In this document: one piece after another, positions 56,599-64,000 of the stretch
Layout: each line of letters starts with the position of its first letter
Numbering within the stretch: the stretch's first letter is position 1
DNA from: an uncultured virus (IMG/VR IMGVR_UViG_2731639221_000001)
Lineage: Duplodnaviria; Heunggongvirae; Uroviricota; Caudoviricetes
Virus record (IMG/VR): IMGVR_UViG_2731639221_000001
Span: 1 to 64,000 of that record
Reading direction: 5' to 3' (one strand)
Length of the DNA: 64,000 nt
The notes under the pieces: model-generated
What the model saw: only the letters and a program-made list of their open reading frames with translations
The model's database searches: none
What the model was told of the DNA's origin: nothing
Position numbers and translations under genes: made by a program

Positions 56599-56940
56599 AT
56601 GACTGCATCAAAGAAAAATAAAATCATATTGGATAGTGAAGCTCTCGAAATACGGAAAAAGCTAATTGAAGCAGCATCCAAAGGCGAAACACTTACTTAT
56701 AGTGATTTGGTTAGTGACGATGATGATCGCCACATGGGCAAGCTAAGCAAGACTTTAGCTAGAATTTCTTGTTATGAAAGAAATGAGGATAGACCTTTCT
56801 TATGTGCTCTTGTTGTACAGAAAGCGACGGGTGTTCCTAGTACTGGTTTCTTCATGCTGTGTGATGATTTAGGGATTGACCATGACTTAGAAGATTTGCA
56901 GAGAGAGTGTTTTGAGTATTGGGGAGAGAATAAGAAATAA
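56599..56940 (+). CDS. Hypothetical protein, paralog of 41498-41950
   Basis: RPFLCALVVQ...PSTGFF. Confidence 0.6.
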   Translation: MTASKKNKIILDSEALEIRKKLIEAASKGETLTYSDLVSDDDDRHMGKLSKTLARISCYERNEDRPFLCALVVQKATGVPSTGFFMLCDDLGIDHDLEDLQRECFEYWGENKK

Positions 56941-56963
56941 GTATGACACTATTTATATAGAAT

Positions 56964-58133
56964 ATGAGAGAGTTTATATATAGACCAGAATTCGAAAATC
57001 TAAAAGGTAAATTAGAAAAAGTCAAAAAAGAAATAGAAAAAAGTTCGTTCAATATATTTTCCATCTCTTCGGTTAATTCTCACAAAGAGAACTATCACAG
57101 TGATATTATAGCCTTGCTGCTAGATCCTTTAGAAAAGCATAAAGCTGGAGATACTTATTTAAATCTATTCTTTGACTTCATGATAAACTCCTATGGGGTA
57201 GATATCAACAAGAATAACTATTGCAATGTTGAGATAAAGATAGAAAACCCAACTGATTCAATGAATTTGAAAGGGCGTATTGATATACTCATTAGAGATT
57301 CAAAAAGTAAGCATTGTATTATCATTGAAAATAAAATTAACAATGCAGGGGATACACAAAATCAACTCGAAAAATATTATATTAATGAAACAAAATTAGG
57401 CTATACGGTAGATTCTATCGTGTATTTACCTCTTAATCAAAATAAGAAAGCCCCTTTTACAGACAATAATGCTATCAACAGACTTATAGTAAATTTACCA
57501 GCATTCTCAAACAAGGCAGATGACTTGTATAATGGCTGGATTTTACCTTGCTATAAAGCTAATATTAATAATTCAGCGACCTCATTTATATACGAATATT
57601 CAAAACTTTTAAAACACTTATCACAAATGGGACTAGATAGAAACATAAAGGACGAATTTTACGAAATAATATCAGAGCAAGGAGGATGGGATAGAGTAAA
57701 ATCTATTGTAGAGCTGACCAATGGTTTAAATGAGTATCGGACTGATATATTTATGGAGAAACTAAATGGAAAGTATGAACCATTCAAAAAGATGGCTCAA
57801 TACAGAAAGAACTATTGGGTATTTTGGGGGTTTTCGGAAGAAGACAATGAGTATAAGCTAGATATTCAATTTACAGATACAGGAATTCAAATTGATATTT
57901 GGACACCCAATAAATGGTTCGCCTTAAAAGATGAGGATGACAAAGAACAGGTAAGGAATATCGTTAGGGCTAAATTGAAGAATATTAACTATTATGATGG
58001 TTTTATGGAATTTGGTTATGGAAATGGAATGTATAAGGTCTTTACATTGCAAGAAAATCAAGGAATTAAAGATTTTGACAATGAAGTATTAGTATATATT
58101 CAAGGCTTCTTAAAAGAATTGAAAAGCAAATAA
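56964..58133 (+). CDS. PD-(D/E)XK nuclease family protein
   Basis: ENYHSDII, GRIDILI, IIENK, NQLEKY. Confidence 0.85.
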   Translation: MREFIYRPEFENLKGKLEKVKKEIEKSSFNIFSISSVNSHKENYHSDIIALLLDPLEKHKAGDTYLNLFFDFMINSYGVDINKNNYCNVEIKIENPTDSMNLKGRIDILIRDSKSKHCIIIENKINNAGDTQNQLEKYYINETKLGYTVDSIVYLPLNQNKKAPFTDNNAINRLIVNLPAFSNKADDLYNGWILPCYKANINNSATSFIYEYSKLLKHLSQMGLDRNIKDEFYEIISEQGGWDRVKSIVELTNGLNEYRTDIFMEKLNGKYEPFKKMAQYRKNYWVFWGFSEEDNEYKLDIQFTDTGIQIDIWTPNKWFALKDEDDKEQVRNIVRAKLKNINYYDGFMEFGYGNGMYKVFTLQENQGIKDFDNEVLVYIQGFLKELKSK

Positions 58134-58184
58134 AGCATCCCATAATACAAAATACTACTTTATAAATCTAATATTCTACATATC

Positions 58185-60137
58185 ATGACTGGAGACGTTA
58201 TAAAAGAAAAAATACTAACATATATTGGTAAAGAAAAGACCAATTATGCTATGATGATTTCTGGGGAATGGGGAACTGGGAAAACATACTTGCTACAGAA
58301 TGAAATTATGCCTGCTATATCGCAAGTGTCACTGCCTAATACTGATAATAAATATAGACCTGTATATGTAAGCTTAGCAGGAGTTAGTACTACAGAGAGA
58401 TTAAGGGAGTTGATGTTTGCTTCCATCAATTTGAGACCTCAAAAGAAAGAAACTCAATTAGAGTTCGAAATAGCACAATTTGAGAATCAAAAATCGGAAA
58501 ATGATTATAGACCTAAATCTCTAATACCAGAAAATATAGTATTCTGCTTCGATGATTTAGAACGTGTCCACACTCCTTTTTTAACGGAGTTATTAGCCTT
58601 TATAAACTCATATATAGAACATTCTGAAAACAAAGTATTATTTGTTGCAGATAAAAAGAAACTACAAGAATATCTAAAGAATGAGTTTACAACTATAAAG
58701 GAAAAGTATATTCGACGATCCTTTGATTTAGATACAACTTACGATGTTATATTCAGTAAATATACACGCTCTGAATCAGACAAAAAACAACCTTCTATAC
58801 TTGAAAATAATGAAACTACTTTCAAATTGGAAGATAATGATAAGAAATTAATAGAAAAAACATTTATAACTGGACAATGTAAAAACCTTAGGACATTGCA
58901 GTTCACTATAGATTCATTAGAAGAGATATTACGGGGATTTGATTCTGTTAAAGAAAATATTGATGAAAAATATCATGCAACTATACGAGAACTTATTGTC
59001 TTTTATACAGCATTTGTTTCCATAGAATATAAGAAAGGTGTTTCATTCCACATTATTCAAAGTGTGAGTTTTCCAATTGCTAATAGAATACTATCTCTTG
59101 ATGAGCAAGGACGGCGAATTATGCTCTCTTGGGAAGAGGACAAGAATGAACAAGTTGAAGAAACCGAAGAGCAAAGAAAACAAAGGGAAAGACTCTGGAA
59201 AAAAATAAGCGATATTGAGAATCTATATTTCCCCAAAGAAAAAGGCTATTTCACTGATGTTTCACAAAGAGAGCCATTTGATAGCATTGTTGAATACATT
59301 GATTCAGGCGAATTTAAAATAAAAACATTTAGAGCTGAAATAGAAAGAATAGTAGCCTCATTAATTCGAAGAGAAGGAACAAAGGACGATAAAATACGAA
59401 AGGAAATAAACCGTATTTATGATGTACCAGACGCTGATGCAAGAAATATTATTAGAGAAGTACTTAAAGCAATAAAAGATACTTCTTATACAAAATTGTC
59501 TACCTATTTATCTCTCTTTAGTGATTTGTTAGTGTTAGAATCTCTCAAAATTCACAATTTTTGTGTTGATAAATCAGTAGTTAAAATATTTATCGATTCA
59601 ATAAAAAAGAGCCTTAACGATAGAGTCCTAAGAATAGAACATTTCTTGCATGAACAGACATCTGGCAATTGGACTGTAGATTCTATTCAATCTGAAAAAT
59701 TCCATCGTTTTAGAAAGTGTATACTAAAAGCGAATGATGAATTAGATAGCGATACAGATATGGATAGTTCTGTTGAGGCTATTATTAATGTCATTGGAGG
59801 GACAGAAGGAGATTTAGAAAAAAATGTAGTAGAAGGCAAAAATAATTATACCTTGAAGGATGTAGATGCACTACCTATCTTTGGAAAGCTTACAAAATCT
59901 ATTCCAAGAGCTATAGATAATTTCATTATGGCTTTAGATAGAAGGTATATTTTGAGCGGAGGTCATACACAAGCTTCTTATGAAAGAGGATTCATTAATA
60001 AAATGTTAGAGTTAGTTGATGAGCATTTGAGTTCGATTGATGATAACAGACCTGTTAGTTATATAGTTTTTAACAACCTAAAAAAGAAATTAGAATATTG
60101 GATTAAATATTACTCTTTGAATAATGAAAAACATTAA
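58185..60137 (+). CDS. KAP-family P-loop NTPase
   Basis: ISGEWGTGKT, YVSL, FDDLER, KEKYI, NLR. Confidence 0.85.
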   Translation: MTGDVIKEKILTYIGKEKTNYAMMISGEWGTGKTYLLQNEIMPAISQVSLPNTDNKYRPVYVSLAGVSTTERLRELMFASINLRPQKKETQLEFEIAQFENQKSENDYRPKSLIPENIVFCFDDLERVHTPFLTELLAFINSYIEHSENKVLFVADKKKLQEYLKNEFTTIKEKYIRRSFDLDTTYDVIFSKYTRSESDKKQPSILENNETTFKLEDNDKKLIEKTFITGQCKNLRTLQFTIDSLEEILRGFDSVKENIDEKYHATIRELIVFYTAFVSIEYKKGVSFHIIQSVSFPIANRILSLDEQGRRIMLSWEEDKNEQVEETEEQRKQRERLWKKISDIENLYFPKEKGYFTDVSQREPFDSIVEYIDSGEFKIKTFRAEIERIVASLIRREGTKDDKIRKEINRIYDVPDADARNIIREVLKAIKDTSYTKLSTYLSLFSDLLVLESLKIHNFCVDKSVVKIFIDSIKKSLNDRVLRIEHFLHEQTSGNWTVDSIQSEKFHRFRKCILKANDELDSDTDMDSSVEAIINVIGGTEGDLEKNVVEGKNNYTLKDVDALPIFGKLTKSIPRAIDNFIMALDRRYILSGGHTQASYERGFINKMLELVDEHLSSIDDNRPVSYIVFNNLKKKLEYWIKYYSLNNEKH

Positions 60138-61113
60138 GCTTATCTTGAAAGTATTAAACAAGTATAAATATCCTATAATTCTGGTATTCTTGATATTAAT
60201 CCTTATTGCTATCCCTTGGATGATAAAACAAGACCTATGGTATTGTGCTCCTATAAACCACGAATTATTTGGAACTTATGGGGATTTTGTAGGTGGTGTA
60301 ATTGGTACTATTCTTGCAGCTATTGCTGTTTTCTATGCAGTCAAGACATATCTTAAAGACAAAAAAAATGCAGAGCAGGGGAGATTGAGACAGCTACAAG
60401 AACAACAAAGTGCCGATATTGACAAACTTAAAAAAAAAATTGGGAATCACTTTTATACAATGTTGGCTAAACACAATGAATATTACTACTACTTAATAGA
60501 AAATGAAGAGGATTATTTTTCCAAGCAGATTAAATTATTTTGCTCTATATTAGAGTCTTGTGAAAAAAATCTAAAAGTAAAGAGATCAAAGAAAGGTGTT
60601 TTAAACCTATCTTACTTGTATTTCTTCTATGGAGAATATTTACAATTAAATACAATAGAAGAAAGTAAGCCTAAGCCTAATGTCATCAATAAGATGAATC
60701 ATTATTTCCAAAGCCATAATATTATGTTGGAGGGAGCTTCTAAAAAGCTCGCCATTTATTTTCGACAGCTATATCAAATAGTCACTTATATTGATAATCA
60801 AACAATTTTGTCATACGATGAAAAATATAACTATATTAAATCGTTGAGGGCAACATTGAGTAATGAAGAACAATATTTATTCTTTTTAAATTCATTATCA
60901 ACCTTGGGGGATGTATGGGAATCAGTACCAAATGAAAAAAACGATAGATTAATAACTAAGTACAATTTAATAAAAAATATACCTCTCAATTTTCCTAGAA
61001 TATTTGGAAACAATGATTTTGAGGATGAGTATTCTCGTATCCTTTATGAGTATAATGAATCGAATGAGGAATCGAAAAGGGAGCGAGAGCTGTGGGAGAA
61101 AGATTATAAATAA
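60124..61113 (+). CDS. Membrane protein with putative abortive-infection (putAbiC-like) domain
   Basis: Two N-terminal TMs, GTYGDFVGG, YFRQLYQIV...YIKSLRATLSNEE. Confidence 0.75.
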   Translation: MKNIKLILKVLNKYKYPIILVFLILILIAIPWMIKQDLWYCAPINHELFGTYGDFVGGVIGTILAAIAVFYAVKTYLKDKKNAEQGRLRQLQEQQSADIDKLKKKIGNHFYTMLAKHNEYYYYLIENEEDYFSKQIKLFCSILESCEKNLKVKRSKKGVLNLSYLYFFYGEYLQLNTIEESKPKPNVINKMNHYFQSHNIMLEGASKKLAIYFRQLYQIVTYIDNQTILSYDEKYNYIKSLRATLSNEEQYLFFLNSLSTLGDVWESVPNEKNDRLITKYNLIKNIPLNFPRIFGNNDFEDEYSRILYEYNESNEESKRERELWEKDYK

Positions 61114-61143
61114 CTAATTGATTTTTTTGATTATTATATTCAA

Positions 61144-61164
61144 GGTCTCAATCTGGGTCTCAAT
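61144..61164. promoter_or_regulatory. Tandem arm-type sites at island right end
   Basis: GGTCTCAAT twice, 12-bp period, similar to the pair at 39102-39122. Confidence 0.55.
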
Positions 61165-61281
61165 TTTTTGCTTTGCGAGATTTCTTTGTGTTTCCCTGTG
61201 ATACTATGGGACAATCTGGGACATAAAAAACGAGATCAGTCGAGGTCTCACTGCAAAATTGAGGAAATCTCATTTAGTGAC

Positions 61282-61721
61282 CGCCAGGAACCTCAAATAC
61301 ATGTTTAAAGCCCCTGTAAGACAATAACTTACAGGGGCTTATTTTTTTCGGGGTTCCAAATCGGGTCCCAACGGCTGAGAGCTCATAATACTATCCAAAT
61401 GGCACATTCATAGCTGATTATATGCAACTTTATATCTAATCTTCTTTCCCGAAATAAGTACTAAAATCCCACTTTGAACCTCAACTGATATACCGCAATT
61501 AAGTGGGCTCGGGTTCCAATTGAGAGCCCAGCTATGAGCCCGATACAATAATCAAACCATATTCTGTACATTTATCCAAATTAGTATTACTTTTGTTAAA
61601 ACATACATTAATCACTTATCAGCCAATGATAGCGAATAGTCAGAATGAAGCATTACTAATACTAGCCAATTCAACGAAAGAGAAAGTTGAATGGGCTGAA
61701 TATGCTAATTATTGTTCTGAC
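61282..61721. repeat. 440-bp direct repeat, copy 2
   Basis: Offset exactly 22,250 bp from copy 1. Confidence 0.95.
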
Positions 61722-62129
61722 TCGAAAGATGAAGACACAACCGATCGTGACAGCGATGGAGATAAGATTTACCCGGTATATATAAAATTCTATGCGGATG
61801 ATTTAAAAGATCTTCCATGGGCTGTAGATTTTCGTGTTACTGATACTACTAAAGTGGGTAAAAGCGGCATCATAAGATTAATGAATGACCCAACTTTAAA
61901 AATACTTTATGCTTTTGATTGGGCATGTATAATGGAGTGGAATGAACCTGAAGTTAATATGCTCGTTCCACTTACAGGAACATATGATCTTATATGTAAC
62001 AAATGCGGATCACGTTTTCAAAGATTTGGAGGTGATGCAATATCTGGTATTGCCAAGGAGAAAAATAAAAACTTAAAACGCTATCAGGTGGTGAAGCAAT
62101 CGGATGGTAGTTGGTTGATAACTAATTAA
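61626..62129 (+). CDS. Chimeric ORF: start of the 39376 gene fused to a Rieske-like lipoprotein body
   Basis: Identical to 39376 gene up to ...NYCSD, then SKDED...YAFDWAC...CNKCGSRF. Confidence 0.5.
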   Translation: MIANSQNEALLILANSTKEKVEWAEYANYCSDSKDEDTTDRDSDGDKIYPVYIKFYADDLKDLPWAVDFRVTDTTKVGKSGIIRLMNDPTLKILYAFDWACIMEWNEPEVNMLVPLTGTYDLICNKCGSRFQRFGGDAISGIAKEKNKNLKRYQVVKQSDGSWLITN

Positions 62130-62146
62130 TAATAATTTATATAAAA

Positions 62147-62680
62147 ATGAAAAATTTATTTATTGTATTGTTCTTATTGTTTCCCATATTAGCTTTTAGT
62201 CAGAAAATTGAAAAAAACGAGGTTGACGATTTTACAGGCAATAAGGTCATTTATACTTCTTGGGAAAAAATAAAAGGGGGAAATGTATTAACGGGTAGAG
62301 ATAACCTTATGTTTATGCTTCGTTATGAAAATGGAACTACCTATTTGCATTTAAAATGGATTACAGTTGAAATTACTTCAATCTCGAATGATGCTAAACT
62401 TATGTTCAAATTCAACGATGACTCAGTTGCTACTTTAAATTCTATATCTCATGTATTATCAGGGAAGGGTGAAGGCGTTACAGGTCTTAGTTGGAGTGCT
62501 ATTATGGGCATTCATGCAATGTATAAGGGGGATGATATTATTAAATTCTCAGGCGATGCAGTAGCCACCAAGGTAAGGGTATATTCAACTGACGGTTATG
62601 TAGATATAGATATAAAGGATAAGGATGGGGCTAAAATTAATAAAGCGTATAGTTTATTGACCGCTGCAATAAAAAAATAA
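62147..62680 (+). CDS. Secreted hypothetical protein
   Basis: Signal peptide ending AFS-Q, then EVDDFTG. Confidence 0.65.
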   Translation: MKNLFIVLFLLFPILAFSQKIEKNEVDDFTGNKVIYTSWEKIKGGNVLTGRDNLMFMLRYENGTTYLHLKWITVEITSISNDAKLMFKFNDDSVATLNSISHVLSGKGEGVTGLSWSAIMGIHAMYKGDDIIKFSGDAVATKVRVYSTDGYVDIDIKDKDGAKINKAYSLLTAAIKK

Positions 62681-62699
62681 ATACATTTAAACAGCATAG

Positions 62700-62730
62700 A
62701 AAAAGGCGAGTAGTAATTACTCGCCTTTTT
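62700..62730. terminator. Bidirectional terminator
   Basis: AAAAAGGCGAGTA-GTAAT-TACTCGCCTTTTT. Confidence 0.75.
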
Positions 62731-63016
62731 CGATCTTAGTTAATAACTGCCTTATATCTTCAATGGAATTGATTCCGTAAGCCTCTCCGTTGTGTCTTAT
62801 TATTCCTATTGTTCCAGATTTACTGGGTGCATCAAATAATTCTGTTATATCTACATTTAAAGCATTAGCTATTTTTTCTAATGATTGTAATTGCGGATAT
62901 TCTCCTCGAAGTGTTTTATTCAAACTAATATCCGTTATTCCCAATTTTTCGGCTAAATCCTTTTGTGTTATGCCTTTTATTTGGCATACCTCTTTTATTC
63001 TTTTTCTAAAATCCAT
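62717..63016 (-). CDS. XRE-family HTH regulator
   Basis: RIKEVCQIKGITQKDLAEKLG; start moved to ATG 63016; palindromes AAACTAnnTAGTTT at 63140 and 63173. Confidence 0.85.
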   Translation of the reverse strand: MDFRKRIKEVCQIKGITQKDLAEKLGITDISLNKTLRGEYPQLQSLEKIANALNVDITELFDAPSKSGTIGIIRHNGEAYGINSIEDIRQLLTKIEKGE

Positions 63017-63205
63017 AATACTACATAGTTTAATTTCACAAATATAGAAATTAATACTATGTAGTGCAATATATTGCAATCGGTAAATGTATATAGTTTA
63101 ATAATTAAATTTTATTAACTGTTTGTGTATTGGTTTATTAAACTAATTAGTTTTATTTTGTGGTGCAGGATAAAACTAAGTAGTTTAATACTAAACCCCA
63201 CAAAT

Positions 63206-63550
63206 ATGAAATTGATTTACGAAACAGACCGACCTTCTAAGACAGATTTCAACTCATTTTTGAATCAGTGTAAACGTGCAATCAATAAACTATATGGTTT
63301 TAATGTTTCCGTTAATCAGGAATTTTGGAGTTGCAGAGTTAATTCGATCTATGTAGATGGTGAAATGATTGACGGAAAAACTTATTGGGAAGAATTAAAA
63401 GAAACAGGAAGTTTATCGCTGACGGATGGTTTATTCTGTATTGATTTTCAATTTGACAGTCATGTTTATGCAGATTATTCTGTAAATTTTTATTTAGAAA
63501 ATGGATTAATTACAAAAGAAGAATACAGTTTATTCCTTGATAATATATAA
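63206..63550 (+). CDS. Hypothetical protein
   Basis: ATG 63206, divergent from XRE gene. Confidence 0.55.
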   Translation: MKLIYETDRPSKTDFNSFLNQCKRAINKLYGFNVSVNQEFWSCRVNSIYVDGEMIDGKTYWEELKETGSLSLTDGLFCIDFQFDSHVYADYSVNFYLENGLITKEEYSLFLDNI

Positions 63551-63562
63551 AACCCTACGAAT

Positions 63563-63832
63563 ATGAAAACAAAACAAACCGCCTATGTCTTTACCGATTG
63601 CGATGGATTAAAACACCCTTTCGAATACGAAACATTAGAATCACTATTTGAAGAAATCTATAAACTATGGAATGAGGACTATCCCGAAGAAGTAGATTTC
63701 AAAGTGACCCTGCCCGATGGTAATAGCTTTTGGCTAAATCTGACACTTATGCACTACTGTTTTAGCAAAGGGCGTATTTCAACTACCGAATTAATAGAGT
63801 TAATATTTGAAGAAAAGGAGGCACAAGCATGA
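63563..63832 (+). CDS. Hypothetical protein
   Basis: 89-aa ORF. Confidence 0.55.
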   Translation: MKTKQTAYVFTDCDGLKHPFEYETLESLFEEIYKLWNEDYPEEVDFKVTLPDGNSFWLNLTLMHYCFSKGRISTTELIELIFEEKEAQA

Positions 63833-64000
63833 AAGCAAAGAAACAAACAAACCGAAAAGCAAAACAAACCGCCACATTTCGAGTAACAGATCCTTTCGTA
63901 AAAGACGAAGTAACCGGCTCGATAGAGTATACTGATTTTCCGGATCTTTCAAAGTGGATCTTTGCTGGAGTGATGTCTAATGAGATTCCCGATAATAGTA
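63829..64000 (+). CDS. Hypothetical protein, truncated by window edge
   Basis: ATGA overlap, open to the end. Confidence 0.45.
   Translation, partial: MKAKKQTNRKAKQTATFRVTDPFVKDEVTGSIEYTDFPDLSKWIFAGVMSNEIPDNS

Larger units (their letters stand above)
39032..61281. mobile_element. 22.25-kb integrative island (satellite- or NBU-like)
   Basis: Bounded by CGCCAGGAA junctions; integrase, xis, helicase, primase, Rep; no virion genes. Confidence 0.8.

Noticed and set aside
39032..61721. Composite transposon bounded by IS copies
   Set aside because: The repeats have no transposase or terminal inverted repeats
1..64000. Diversity-generating retroelement, retron or group II intron
   Set aside because: No reverse transcriptase motif in any ORF and no repeat pair differing only at adenines

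Overview
AT-rich Bacteroidota (Bacteroidales-like) DNA, judged from many TAnnTTTG -7 promoter elements and the gene families present. It has three mobile parts. (1) 1-~39,040: the right-hand ~39 kb of a temperate tailed prophage, probably a siphovirus. Late, replication and early genes are on the minus strand; cI, a second HTH gene and the tyrosine integrase are on the plus strand at the right end. The left end and any endolysin lie outside the window. (2) ~39,032-61,281: a 22.25-kb integrative island with no capsid genes, carrying its own integrase, two excisionase-like genes, a D5-type helicase, a TOPRIM primase, a Rep_trans-like protein, a WYL regulator module and a PD-(D/E)XK/KAP-NTPase/AbiC-like defence cassette. 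(3) 61,282-64,000: a second copy of the island's first 440 bp fused to unrelated sequence. The best candidate for an undescribed system is a MuF minor-capsid protein with a CdiA-type tRNase domain that has no immunity ORF. In its place is a convergent ~70-nt RNA with its own promoter and terminator that folds as a tRNA-acceptor-like hairpin followed by CCA. Other highlights are a three-promoter DriD-like WYL regulon, a C4/CI-like antisense RNA before the antirepressor, an ART-fold two-gene moron, a permuted morphogenesis gene order with three shared late promoters, and a -1 frameshifted tail chaperone. All calls are by eye from motifs and synteny; no searches were run.
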